Positions 9,001-17,426 are shown, counted from the first letter of the stretch. The stretch is 25,047 bases of DNA from a virus (IMGVR_UViG_3300020162_000027:1-25047); one strand, 5' to 3'. The notes: generated by a model from the sequence alone, not told the origin. Translations and numbers: made by a program.

Positions 9001-11375
9001 ATGCATTAGATCAACTTATAGATCTTACACAACAAAATTTAAGTAAAGATCAAAAGTTTGGTGACTTTACTAGAAAAGGTGGGCCATCAGACCTTAAGTT
9101 TAAAGATAGTTCATATCAGTCTTACTTAAATCAAAGTGCAATGGAGCAAGCTTCTGTTAATCCATTCTTTAACTTAGATAACTTAGGATTACCTCCTATG
9201 CCTAAGAATGAAAAAGAATTGTCAGATGCTGCATTTATCTCAGCTAATGCTAAGATGATTGATAACATTAGAGGTATTAAACTATACCAGGTGGCCTTAA
9301 ACGAAGGTTTAACTGCTGAAATGCAAAACAATATTAGAATGCATTTAGAAGGTATTAATCCAGTTCCATTAACTAAAGCAGAACAAGTAATATTTGATAA
9401 GTATTATCAACCTTTAATTAGTGAACTTACTAAGGCATATGAGTACCTTAAAAACATTAACCCTGAACTTGCTAATCAATTAGGTGAAATGAGAGATGGT
9501 AAATTTTTCTTTAATAGAATGATGAACCCATTAACTCGTGAACAAATTAAAGTGATGCAAGAGAATGGTACTATAGAAAACCCTAACTTCTTTGGTAAGA
9601 TTAAGAATACTTTTGCTGAACTAGGTGGTAAACTAGAAGGGGGCTTTGACCCTGACTTAGGTAAGATATCTAGTGCTTCTAAGACTCGTTCATTCTGGGT
9701 TGTTGAAGGTAAGAATGGTACACGTGAAGTAGTTCAAATAGCTAAAGATGGTAAGATATTTAAATGGGATAATCAAAAAGCTACTTTAATAGGTAGAGTG
9801 CCACAACGTGATCAGATGTTACGTGAAGGTGATGCCTTCTTTGGAGGTAAATTAGCTCAAGGTTCTATTGAAGAACTTGAAACACATGCACCTATAACTT
9901 ATAATAGAAACTCATTTGCAGTGTTAATTCAAAAGATGAATGAAGCTCGTGAGGAAGTACGTCAAGATGCTTTCCTTAAAGAACTTATGGCATCTCCTCT
10001 GATGAAAGACATTGCTTTACCTACTCATGCAGATGGTAAACTACAAGAAGTACCTGAAGGTTACATGGTACCTAAGAATGTACAGAAGTATCCAGCATTG
10101 GCTGGTTACATGTTCCCTACACGTGTAGCTCATATTATTAATGACTTTGCTAGAGTATGGGATCCTACAGTATTAACTAATTTAACTAACATCATTGTTA
10201 AGAACATGATGATTAACCCTATAGCTCACATGTTAAACGAAGCATTCCACTTGTATAATGCTCGTGGTTTATCTGGTTGGGTAACTCCTGGTGGTATTGC
10301 AAGATTCCAAAAAACAGGTAAAGATGCCATTAATGATGTAATTAATTTAACTGATTTCTATGAAGAAACTATTAGACTTGGTGGTTCTTTATTAGCCCCT
10401 GGTACAAGAGCATCTGCTTTCCAAGAAGCTTTATTTGGTAAAGGTCTAAATGAATTTTCTAAGACTGGTGAGTTTAAAGAACTAGCTAATGATATGGGTG
10501 TATCTCTTAAACAACTATACAATAACATATCTAAACAATCTAACAGGGCTATGTGGATTACTCGTGATATTATGTATATGCAATATCTCAGAGAGATTAT
10601 GGCTACTAAAGGTGTATCTCATGCTGAAGCTATTGTTTATGCAGAGAAACACATGCCTAACTATAGACTTCCATCAATAGTAGGTGAAAAGGTTGTAGGT
10701 GAAAACTTAGGTAGAGGTTTAAGTTACGTCATGCAAAACCCTAACATTTCAGTGTTTAGTCGATACCACTATGGCATGGTTAAGTCTTTAGTCAACATGG
10801 TACGTGAAGTTGGTGCTATTAAAAAAGGTGCTGAGGGTGTAAAAGAGTTTAAACAAGGTATGGACTCTGCTGCAGCTGTGGCTGTAGCTCTAGCAGTTGT
10901 GTACCCATTAATGGACATGATGGCTAAGTCGTTAACTGATAATGACAAGGCTAAGTTTAGACGTGCTGGTCCTTACCATTTAATACATGCTATGGAAGAT
11001 GTAGTAGAAGGTGCTAAGTCTCCTGCCGCAGCTATGAACTCTGTGTTTACATTTAATCCAGCATTAAGTGGTTTAGTACAACTTGGTATGAATACTAACT
11101 GGTATAGTGGACAAGCTATTTATAACCCACAAAGTGATCCTGTAACATTAGCTTCTGATCTTACTCGTTATATGGGTATGCAATTGCCTATGGCAAGTCA
11201 AGCACTACGTGCTCAAAACGATAGAACAGGTGAAGGCTTTGATGCAATGGCTGCTCGTCAGATTGATATTGAATCTCCAACAGCTGCTCAATATGTTTCT
11301 ACTGAGAAACGTAAACGTGAGGCAGCTAAAGACTCACTTAGACGTCAGCTTGAAAGACAACTAAGGGGATTTTAA
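6087..11375 (+). CDS. Large internal virion/ejection protein with N-terminal GH24-type lysozyme and internal HExxH metallopeptidase-like domain
   Basis: RESFSPKAYKDGDHYSIGYGT...LVDFHYNTG...GIQNRR lysozyme signature at about aa 20-155. GHEMLHAAT (nt 8694-8708) plus downstream EMISEAF. Hydrophobic Gly/Ala-rich segments at about aa 380-550; 1762 aa. Confidence 0.75.
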   Translation: MATTTKLKESPFLSEGEAFTKDKLIEFIKDRESFSPKAYKDGDHYSIGYGTKASGPDETISKKVAEQRLLQDIDTREKFIRNFAKVKGYDWNDSQVHSLVDFHYNTGQKNFLALTDNGKRSNDEIAQKIPEYNQVEGEFNQGIQNRRFQNQLAFTTPTETNSLQNFAGAPQEQPPQATTPVAPIKTAQVAPTEIVPSKVTQTTPESVDQSTFTNTPPIQVAANTNPNVASDVPTSVIDTTSSPQVPQSISQKFGYDPNKFKFNQPQQAALASVNQTPQEPFSKDFNDQIVKVLLDNKKQGLAKNYYDNINNLFNKQNIPSKEFNDEIVNSLLSLNQKDLAKQYYNDMMSIPSVQPKGQQPLQPETKPVEPVKEQGALRVLGQTALKEVIPTGIGFGLSEIVGAALAPETGGASLAVVPLLVNLAARIGTFVAGHAGGSAAQKNLLPESLNKTLEQGEAQHPTAAMVGGFLPFGLYGGYGLSTAARKEISSAYDLAKTGDYSKIKSLKTWAEPAVQAGFGAGIEGVSQLVTGEFDPSRILISGMMMPLVSGDKTRLGKAVSFENVNFKPKESADSIIDRISKSEFFVPKQVDDIPIINLSKETKGEYATRHGITEAEVDTHKANADSVRIKTIKDVPTMEVDNASVIKEFATKAWTKLYNLPENTFKDFQSYLDFKIQRTKIEHQEPQSAFEYMNKESFAAAEQESFTRRQEHYNKVSDLQSEIDGLKTLRQTETDPKESADLLKQISAKEVELKTLKENEPPEARISHKEFLTTEDTHNVLTGAKTIGEALDRLVEGNLGTPIEKALFKLLRSNKYISEIPLVLNPTKELMDKEGYLIPGFYNRKKIGEGLFDDGSLHLNKHANLHTFGHEMLHAATLNAMDKDPAFAKQMDDFFEKLKATASKDELWESQTEKSFYGLADAREMISEAFANEAFQRWLSERPPLLDVKAPSAWQEFKNIIKEYLGTPKTENALDQLIDLTQQNLSKDQKFGDFTRKGGPSDLKFKDSSYQSYLNQSAMEQASVNPFFNLDNLGLPPMPKNEKELSDAAFISANAKMIDNIRGIKLYQVALNEGLTAEMQNNIRMHLEGINPVPLTKAEQVIFDKYYQPLISELTKAYEYLKNINPELANQLGEMRDGKFFFNRMMNPLTREQIKVMQENGTIENPNFFGKIKNTFAELGGKLEGGFDPDLGKISSASKTRSFWVVEGKNGTREVVQIAKDGKIFKWDNQKATLIGRVPQRDQMLREGDAFFGGKLAQGSIEELETHAPITYNRNSFAVLIQKMNEAREEVRQDAFLKELMASPLMKDIALPTHADGKLQEVPEGYMVPKNVQKYPALAGYMFPTRVAHIINDFARVWDPTVLTNLTNIIVKNMMINPIAHMLNEAFHLYNARGLSGWVTPGGIARFQKTGKDAINDVINLTDFYEETIRLGGSLLAPGTRASAFQEALFGKGLNEFSKTGEFKELANDMGVSLKQLYNNISKQSNRAMWITRDIMYMQYLREIMATKGVSHAEAIVYAEKHMPNYRLPSIVGEKVVGENLGRGLSYVMQNPNISVFSRYHYGMVKSLVNMVREVGAIKKGAEGVKEFKQGMDSAAAVAVALAVVYPLMDMMAKSLTDNDKAKFRRAGPYHLIHAMEDVVEGAKSPAAAMNSVFTFNPALSGLVQLGMNTNWYSGQAIYNPQSDPVTLASDLTRYMGMQLPMASQALRAQNDRTGEGFDAMAARQIDIESPTAAQYVSTEKRKREAAKDSLRRQLERQLRGF
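6930..7130 (+). repeat. Two imperfect in-frame tandem repeats, 114-nt (38-aa) period, inside the large virion gene
   Basis: SKDFNDQIVKVLLDNKKQGLAKNYYDNI (from 6930) versus SKEFNDEIVNSLLSLNQKDLAKQYYNDM (from 7044). Confidence 0.75.
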
Positions 11376-12097
11376 TGGCTCAAGGATTAGCACCAATACC
11401 CAATCAACCTGTAAGTAATGCTCACGAGTGGAGAGAGTGGTTCTTTAACCTATGGCAAAGTTTAGGTGGGACTGAGGGACAGATTTATTATAATGATCTT
11501 AACTTTACAGGATCTAATATAACATCTATTCAAACTAGGGCTCATAATACATTACAAGGATTACAAGGTGGTAACGTAGGTGGTACAGAGTATTACCATT
11601 TAAGTGCTTCACAATATAATAGTCTTATTTCTCCTAACTATGGAGCTTTTCAAGATAGTACAACACAATCAGTAGCAAGTACAACTACAGCTTATCCTAT
11701 AACATTTAATACTACTGATTACTCTAGTAATGTTACAATGGTTAGTAGTTCTAGAATTACATTTGCTAATGCTGGTTTATACAATATACAGTTTAGTTTA
11801 CAGTTATCTAACTTGGCTAACTCTACAGAAGATGTAGATGTATGGTTTAGATTAAATGGTACAGATGTGCCAAAGTCTAATAGTATATTTGGATTAGCAC
11901 CTAGAAAGAATGTTACAGATCCTTATCATGTTATTGCTGCTATAAACTTTTATATACAAGTAGCTGCTACTAATTACGTTGAACTTATGTGGAGAGCTTC
12001 TAATACTGCTGTTACTATTAAAGCACAGGGTGCACAAACATCACCTACTAGACCAGAAACTCCTAGTGCAATTGTAACTGTAAATCAGATAGCATAA
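11375..12097 (+). CDS. Short tail fibre/needle-like structural protein with C-terminal beta-sandwich (C1q/BclA-like) head
   Basis: HNTLQGLQGG...EYYHL fibre-type motif, then YGAF...PITFNTT...ITFANAGLYNIQFSLQ...YVELMW. TAATG coupling to the upstream gene; last gene of the structural arm. Confidence 0.55.
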   Translation: MAQGLAPIPNQPVSNAHEWREWFFNLWQSLGGTEGQIYYNDLNFTGSNITSIQTRAHNTLQGLQGGNVGGTEYYHLSASQYNSLISPNYGAFQDSTTQSVASTTTAYPITFNTTDYSSNVTMVSSSRITFANAGLYNIQFSLQLSNLANSTEDVDVWFRLNGTDVPKSNSIFGLAPRKNVTDPYHVIAAINFYIQVAATNYVELMWRASNTAVTIKAQGAQTSPTRPETPSAIVTVNQIA

Positions 12098-12122
12098 AAA
12101 AAGGGGAGCATTGCACTCCCCC
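12096..12122 (-). terminator. Rho-independent terminator between the convergent arms (possibly bidirectional)
   Basis: Stem GGGGAG (12103-12108) / CTCCCC (12116-12121). On the minus strand it is followed by a T7 run (A 12096-12102). Located between converging stop codons. Confidence 0.85.
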
Positions 12123-12131
12123 TACTACATA

Positions 12132-12278
12132 TTAGCCCTTCAGAAAGGCTAGAACTTCGTCAAAAGTTTCAAAGACTGCGATCTTGTTATCTTGTTGTTT
12201 AGTCAAGACATCAAGTTTGGTTGCATTCACGATGTAACCATTTGATACTTTATTTACTTGCACGCCATCATAACTCAT
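12132..12278 (-). CDS. Hypothetical protein, 48 aa (absent from ORF track)
   Basis: MSYDGVQVNKVSNGYIVNATKLDVLTKQQDNKIAVFETFDEVLAFLKG; strong AAGGAG RBS 5 nt before the ATG. Confidence 0.8.
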   Translation of the reverse strand: MSYDGVQVNKVSNGYIVNATKLDVLTKQQDNKIAVFETFDEVLAFLKG

Positions 12279-12287
12279 ACTATCTCC

Positions 12288-12431
12288 TTATGTTAATGAA
12301 ATTACTACTCTAAATATGAGAAGTTCTAAGACTAAGTAAGTACCGTCGTCGTCTAACTCAGGCATGTATTTAGTCTCAACTATCTCAAAACCAAGTGATA
12401 CACCGCATATAGGTTTAATTGATACTTCCAT
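12288..12431 (-). CDS. Hypothetical protein, 47 aa (absent from ORF track)
   Basis: MEVSIKPICGVSLGFEIVETKYMPELDDDGTYLVLELLIFRVVISLT; TAATG overlap with the RNR stop codon; tiles the gap exactly. Confidence 0.7.
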   Translation of the reverse strand: MEVSIKPICGVSLGFEIVETKYMPELDDDGTYLVLELLIFRVVISLT

Positions 12432-14299
12432 TATGCTATCTCACAACTTCCACCAGTACACGCAAGTGTCTGGGATCCTTCGGTATTATCATCCTTTTCA
12501 ATAAGATCTTCCCAGTTAATATTACCAGGCATCTTGGATGCTAATTCTTTGTATTGCTCTTCTGTAATGTCTTCATATGGTGCTTGTTGATACGTATGAT
12601 TTGAATGAGGAAGGAAACTAATACCACTAACCTCATCAAAGTATTTCCATACCCATGCACCTACTTCAGGCCATTCATTATCTGTTACTGTAATAGTTAC
12701 AGAAGGTTTGTGCTCACACCAATGACGTTGATAAACTAACCATAGGTTAAGTTGTTCTATAGCAGTCATGTCATTACGTGTTATAGCACTCTTAGGGGCT
12801 TTCATCGGAAAGCTGAACACAGCTGTCGAGTCAGGCCTAAACACTTCGTCTTCCACTGGGAAACCTTTTTCTTTAAGGAACGAGTATATAGGATCCTTTT
12901 TATCAATCCGTACCCTTCGTATGTAATAAGCATTGTGTCTAGCATGAATGCCACTAGCACTATCCACCAACTGGGATACGGTACCTGAGGGTTTAACACA
13001 AGTGATAGAAGCAGAAGGAGGAATACCCAGTTCTTTAGAAAGTTGTTTATTTGTTTCTCTTGCTGCATCACGTAATTCCTCTAATAGTAATGGATCAGGA
13101 TTGTTAGTTACTTTACAATCCATAATACCTGTTAATGATACTCCTAATAAACGTTCTTCCTCAGTATTCTTTTTCCATTCTTCAGATAAGAATTGGAAGT
13201 TTATGAGTGTAGACTGTAGAGTACCTAAAATTGTAGCTAACTTAACTTTTCTAAGTAAGGAATCTCTAGTATCTTTTTCCCGTACAACAACTTCTGTAAG
13301 ATTACAGAATTGTTTATCACGGAGGATAATTTCTGAACATGGATTGGTTCCGTAGCTGAGAGTTGGATCTCTTCGTCCCCACTTTGCTGCTTGATTTTGA
13401 GAAGCAACTCGATTAAATACTCCTCGTTCACCTGACTTGGACTTAACCAAGCTGACCCATTCTTCCATGAAAGTTTCACTATCGGGTTTCTCAGTATATG
13501 CAACTGAATTGTTGGCAAGACCTCTGTATGGGTAATCATTATACCATGCTCCTGTTTTTGCATCACGCATTCTTTTATCTGTTAAGTTACTTAAAGAAAT
13601 AAGAGCTGATCTCCTAACACCTCCAACTACAACAATCTCACCAATCATACATAAGATGTCATGTACTTCTAAACTATTAAGCTTTCTTCCTGCAGATCCT
13701 TTGCAAGTATCCACCGTGAACTTGAACAATTTACGCAATGGGTCAGGGCCACTAGCTCTCCCTCCAAATGTTTTAAGTCTTGCTCCAGCTGGTCTGACTT
13801 TGCTGTAGTCAACTTGAGGAATGTCTCCTTCCCACAATGAAGACAATAGCTTTTTAAATGCTTTAGCCCACCCAAGTTTTGAGTCTCCAACTGATATGAC
13901 ATCATCAACCTCCTTAAAAGAACTAGGTAATGGTGGTAACTTATCAATCTCTTGACGTTCACATGAGAACCCAACACCTGTACCATTCATTAGAATGTAA
14001 AGAGCTTCAGAGAATGCTCTCTTATTATTAATAGCAAGGTATGAACAGTTATAAGCTGCTATGTTATCTCGTTCAACTGCATCCCCTGCAGTCATTAGTA
14101 GACGCATAGAGGGCATAACCTCTAAGTCTATAATAGATTGTCTTAACTCATCCCAGGGTATTGTAGTAGAAGTTTTAGTCTTTAGATAAGACACAAGTCT
14201 ATCTACAGTTTCTGTCCATGTCTCTCTTCGGTCTTTATCAGGCAACCATCTAGCATAACGGCTTGCATGAATAAAACGTTGGTAGTCTGTTAATTGCAT
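12431..14299 (-). CDS. nrdJ: Class II adenosylcobalamin-dependent ribonucleotide reductase (monomeric RTPR type)
   Basis: PSMR, AAYNC, VVVGGVRRSA, TNPCSEI (thiyl-radical Cys), TCVKPSGTVSQL and C-terminal redox pair ACTGGSCEI. No nrdB in the window. Confidence 0.93.
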   Translation of the reverse strand: MQLTDYQRFIHASRYARWLPDKDRRETWTETVDRLVSYLKTKTSTTIPWDELRQSIIDLEVMPSMRLLMTAGDAVERDNIAAYNCSYLAINNKRAFSEALYILMNGTGVGFSCERQEIDKLPPLPSSFKEVDDVISVGDSKLGWAKAFKKLLSSLWEGDIPQVDYSKVRPAGARLKTFGGRASGPDPLRKLFKFTVDTCKGSAGRKLNSLEVHDILCMIGEIVVVGGVRRSALISLSNLTDKRMRDAKTGAWYNDYPYRGLANNSVAYTEKPDSETFMEEWVSLVKSKSGERGVFNRVASQNQAAKWGRRDPTLSYGTNPCSEIILRDKQFCNLTEVVVREKDTRDSLLRKVKLATILGTLQSTLINFQFLSEEWKKNTEEERLLGVSLTGIMDCKVTNNPDPLLLEELRDAARETNKQLSKELGIPPSASITCVKPSGTVSQLVDSASGIHARHNAYYIRRVRIDKKDPIYSFLKEKGFPVEDEVFRPDSTAVFSFPMKAPKSAITRNDMTAIEQLNLWLVYQRHWCEHKPSVTITVTDNEWPEVGAWVWKYFDEVSGISFLPHSNHTYQQAPYEDITEEQYKELASKMPGNINWEDLIEKDDNTEGSQTLACTGGSCEIA

Positions 14300-14318
14300 T
14301 ATTTATTCCTTTTATAAT

Positions 14319-14347
14319 ATTATATCAAGCTTTTGTATCATTGTCAA
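14319..14347 (-). promoter_or_regulatory. Perfect-consensus sigma70 promoter upstream of nrdJ
   Basis: Minus strand TTGACA (14347-14342), 17-nt spacer ATGATACAAAAGCTTGA, TATAAT (14324-14319), then AAGGA RBS and ATG at 14299. Confidence 0.85.
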
Positions 14348-14876
14348 TAATAAAAACATAATTAACTACTCTTCTTATGTTGTTACCTGTAGGAGGGGTT
14401 GCTCTATGTTCTATATTAGATCTAAATAAAATAGCATCACCTGCTGTAGGCTTATATCTTTTAATACCTTCATCTGTTTTAAATACAGTATCACCATCAG
14501 AGTCATCTACAAAGTAAAGTAAAGTATAATAGTTATCAAACTTAATATCGGTATGCCAACTCTTTTCTAAATCAACTTCAGTATAACTTTGTACTGGTAA
14601 GAAATTAGTTTTAATTCTATGAAGAAGTTTTACATCAGTACCTATTCGTTCATTCAATAACTTTATTAAGTATGTAAAAAAATGTATATACTGACAAACT
14701 ACATGACCTTCTTGTATTGTTCCATGTGTAAACTGGTAAATGTTATCTTTAGAATCTTCATTGTAAGAACTATGTTTATTAAATTCCCAAGCAAAAAGAT
14801 GTGAATCTAATAGTTCTTTTATTTTAGTTTTAAATTCTTCAGAACCTAAGTCTTTTAAATATGTAAGTTTATCCAT
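14325..14876 (-). CDS. 2OG-Fe(II) oxygenase superfamily protein (start revised to MDKLTYL at 14876)
   Basis: HxD...H...R pattern: WHTD, TLLYFV, SDGDTVF, HRATPP, RRVVNY. GGAGG RBS and TAATG coupling support the 14876 start over 14903. Confidence 0.8.
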   Translation of the reverse strand: MDKLTYLKDLGSEEFKTKIKELLDSHLFAWEFNKHSSYNEDSKDNIYQFTHGTIQEGHVVCQYIHFFTYLIKLLNERIGTDVKLLHRIKTNFLPVQSYTEVDLEKSWHTDIKFDNYYTLLYFVDDSDGDTVFKTDEGIKRYKPTAGDAILFRSNIEHRATPPTGNNIRRVVNYVFIIDNDTKA

Positions 14877-15610
14877 TACTTTCCTCCAAATCCAAAAGGA
14901 CATTTCTTTTTAGACTCTTGATCATCTATTAGTTTTTTATATTTATTATAATTAAGACTAAAAGCAATTTGAGGTATTTTAATTTTATTCCATTTATCTA
15001 CTGACACTACATGGTATTTAAATTCAACTTCTTTTTCTGTAAGAGGTATAAATTGAAGTATAGGAGTATTAAATTTTAATATAGTTTCAAAGTTCTTTTC
15101 CATATCAACAAACATATTAATATTAGTACCTGATTGATATTTAAAATTAAGTATACCTTCTGGAATAAAAAAAGGTTCTTGAAGTTTAAAATTCCAAAAG
15201 GGTTTTTGAACTACCCAATTAATAGCTTCTTTTGTTTTTAACAACCAAGGTGAGTTTAGTTTAATATGTTTATATTGTTTAGGATCTGCATAAGTTTTCC
15301 ATTGATCTTCTGGATGAGGACTTACAGGAGTTTCTCTATCAGCAGGGTAAGAAGTTAAATTTCCATTCTCTGCACTAATAATAAACTCTGTCCATAAAGG
15401 CATAATAAAACTATTTTTATATAAATCAATTATACCTGAACATTGTTTAATTGTTGATTCTTTTATAACACCATGACCATAACTATTAGGTGTATTTTTA
15501 AACCACTCAGGCCAGTGTTTAGATGCTCGTTCTATTGGTGATAAATTAATATACTTTTCATCAGTAACAAAAGCATCTACTATTATTTTATTTCTTTTAA
15601 AGAAAAACAT
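14876..15610 (-). CDS. Conserved phage protein of the type found beside 2OG-Fe(II) oxygenases (possibly DUF6065-like beta fold)
   Basis: PEWFK...TIKQCSGIIDLY..FIMPLW...KLNSPW...TPILQFIPL, with C-terminal KCPFGFG. AAGGAG RBS. Family name is tentative. Confidence 0.5.
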   Translation of the reverse strand: MFFFKRNKIIVDAFVTDEKYINLSPIERASKHWPEWFKNTPNSYGHGVIKESTIKQCSGIIDLYKNSFIMPLWTEFIISAENGNLTSYPADRETPVSPHPEDQWKTYADPKQYKHIKLNSPWLLKTKEAINWVVQKPFWNFKLQEPFFIPEGILNFKYQSGTNINMFVDMEKNFETILKFNTPILQFIPLTEKEVEFKYHVVSVDKWNKIKIPQIAFSLNYNKYKKLIDDQESKKKCPFGFGGK

Positions 15611-15612
15611 TA

Positions 15613-16275
15613 TTACTCCTTAAAGTATTCAGTAACATCAAATTCAAAGTTACCAGATACAGAAATTCTGTAGTCATCAGATGTATAAAAAGGATATACA
15701 CAATGATTTAAATTAGCTGGAAATACTATTAATTTGTTATTCCATTTTTTATCTGCTGGTATTTGAAATGTTTCTATTTGGTTATTAGGACTATAAAATA
15801 TAAACTGAAAATTACCAGGATAACATGAATTAGAATTTATACTAGAAGGTCTAGCCATTTCTTCATTTATATCATAAGGTATATCTATCCATAATACAAA
15901 ACTAAAAGTACCACTATGTATATGAACTGGATTAAATTCATATTTTTTCATAAAGTTTACCCAAAGTCTTGTAAGACTATAAGGAAAAAACTCTTTATTA
16001 ATAGCAACATCATGAACAACTCCTACTCTTTCTTGAAGTTCTATAATGTAAGGTTTAAGGAGTTTTGAAATAGCATCTTTAGAAAGAATTAATGTATATT
16101 CTTTTTCTAAATTACCTGCTAAATCTCTATGAGGAGTAGAAGTATTAAAGCTTTCTTTTATACTTTTTATCTCATCTTTAATAGTTTTTAGTTCTTCTTC
16201 AGTAAGATCTACTTCTAAAAAACCTACACGATTACCTAAATTTCCTATTTTATAATCATGTATTTTAGTAGTCAT
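15613..16275 (-). CDS. Putative 2OG-Fe(II) oxygenase (TIGR02466 / 2OG-FeII_Oxy_5-like)
   Basis: WVNFMKKYEFNPVHIHSGTFSFVLWI...FPANLNHCVYPF...RISVSGN, i.e. HxH...H...RxS. Confidence 0.8.
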   Translation of the reverse strand: MTTKIHDYKIGNLGNRVGFLEVDLTEEELKTIKDEIKSIKESFNTSTPHRDLAGNLEKEYTLILSKDAISKLLKPYIIELQERVGVVHDVAINKEFFPYSLTRLWVNFMKKYEFNPVHIHSGTFSFVLWIDIPYDINEEMARPSSINSNSCYPGNFQFIFYSPNNQIETFQIPADKKWNNKLIVFPANLNHCVYPFYTSDDYRISVSGNFEFDVTEYFKE

Positions 16276-16432
16276 CTTCTATCTCTTTACATAAATGTTC
16301 GTAACGTTCTTCTATAATATCTTCAAATCGTTCTACTAAATCATAAGAAGTAATATTTAATAACTCTAGAAGAGTTACCTCATCTAGTCTATTTGCAAGT
16401 CGTTCTTTCAACTCTTCTAAAGTTAATTGCAT
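16265..16432 (-). CDS. Small acidic helical phage protein, 55 aa (absent from ORF track)
   Basis: MQLTLEELKERLANRLDEVTLLELLNITSYDLVERFEDIIEERYEHLCKEIEDDY; starts 1 nt after the DUF3310 stop and overlaps the next start. Confidence 0.75.
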   Translation of the reverse strand: MQLTLEELKERLANRLDEVTLLELLNITSYDLVERFEDIIEERYEHLCKEIEDDY

Positions 16433-16433
16433 A

Positions 16434-16658
16434 TTATGTTTTAAGTTCTTTCAATAATTCTATATAATGAATGGCTTTATCAAGGTCTTCTACTCCACCT
16501 TTTTCACGCCATCTACAAATGTATTTAATAATATTACCTTCAATGTAAGGTATATTATTTTTAGTAATAAATTCAACAGGTTGAATTACATACTTCTTGT
16601 AATGTGTACCTGCCACTTGAGTTTGTATTGCTTTTTTTAGTTCTGGAAATTTAGCCAT
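16434..16658 (-). CDS. DUF3310 / SaV-like protein (related to T7 gp1.7 nucleotide kinase domain)
   Basis: QVAGTHY...IQPVEFI...EGNIIKYICRW..KGGVEDLDKAIHY signature. Confidence 0.8.
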   Translation of the reverse strand: MAKFPELKKAIQTQVAGTHYKKYVIQPVEFITKNNIPYIEGNIIKYICRWREKGGVEDLDKAIHYIELLKELKT

Positions 16659-16664
16659 AGTATT

Positions 16665-16693
16665 ATTATACCATCCTTTTTAAATATTGACAA
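16665..16693 (-). promoter_or_regulatory. Sigma70 promoter with extended -10, directly upstream of the DUF3310 ATG
   Basis: TTGTCA (16693-16688), 17-nt spacer ATATTTAAAAAGGATGG, TATAAT (16670-16665); TGn extension present; ATG begins 6 nt after the -10. Confidence 0.75.
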
Positions 16694-17426
16694 GCTTTTG
16701 TTGGCCTTTTGGCTTAAGATTTGTACCATCTCTAAACCAGTTACCACAGGCACGACATTGGTATCGTTGATACTTACTTGTTGTAGTTATATTAAAGCCA
16801 CGTTTTTGTACGTTTTTAGACTGGCATGTAGGACAGCAGTCAGTTGTACCATTAAGGACATTGTTATTAAGATGATTTTTAATCCAAGGTTTAAAACGTT
16901 CATAGACTTTTTCTAAAAGAATAACATCGTTCTTGTTATACTCTTCCATTTTCTTCCAAGCTTTAGGTATACCTGCCATACACTGTACCCATAACTCATG
17001 CCCACTATGTTCAGTCTTCTTACCTAAACCTAGGGACTGTGCTACATAGTCTAGTTTGTTAGATACAAATCTAAATCTACCTTTAGCTACAGTAAGTAAA
17101 TCAATTTCTTTAAAAGGTGCTGGTGGAAACATACCATGCAATAAGAACTCTTTATTAAGAGAAGGTATATCAAAACGTTTACCATTGTAGTGTATAACTG
17201 CATCCGCTTCGTCAAGAAGCTTATGGATACTAGTTAACATTTTCTTATCACCAGACTTTTTAACAGAGTCAAACATCATCTTATTATCACCTAACCATTT
17301 AGCTGCGTAACACATGACATAAGAACTTTCTTGTAACTGATTGATACCAATGTTTTGATCCCAAATACCCCATACATGGGCTACATTAGGAGCCATTTCA
17401 ATATCTAATAGTAATATTTTACTCAT
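16680..17426 (-). CDS. RNase H-like (DnaQ/DEDD) 3'-5' exonuclease with C-terminal zinc ribbon (start revised to MSKILLLDIE)
   Basis: LLLDIE, HYNGKRFDIP, YNKNDV exonuclease motifs; CPTC...CRAC zinc ribbon. ATGA overlap with the HNH stop codon and AAGGA RBS. Confidence 0.85.
   Translation of the reverse strand: MSKILLLDIEMAPNVAHVWGIWDQNIGINQLQESSYVMCYAAKWLGDNKMMFDSVKKSGDKKMLTSIHKLLDEADAVIHYNGKRFDIPSLNKEFLLHGMFPPAPFKEIDLLTVAKGRFRFVSNKLDYVAQSLGLGKKTEHSGHELWVQCMAGIPKAWKKMEEYNKNDVILLEKVYERFKPWIKNHLNNNVLNGTTDCCPTCQSKNVQKRGFNITTTSKYQRYQCRACGNWFRDGTNLKPKGQQKLVNI

Noticed and set aside
4081-10680. Short alternative-frame ORFs 4081-4269, 8629-8844, 9131-9331 and 10489-10680
   Set aside because: Fully nested in long, well-supported structural genes; no RBS or motifs; typical shadow ORFs.
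12752-13986. Five overlapping ORFs within nrdJ
   Set aside because: Off-frame or antisense shadows of a conserved gene with no recognisable features.
14289-16432. 11-bp direct repeat GTTAATTGCAT (14289-14299 and 16422-16432; both genes start MQLT) as insertion boundaries of the oxygenase cassette
   Set aside because: Short and AT-rich, expected by chance in 25 kb, and does not match the compositional boundary exactly.
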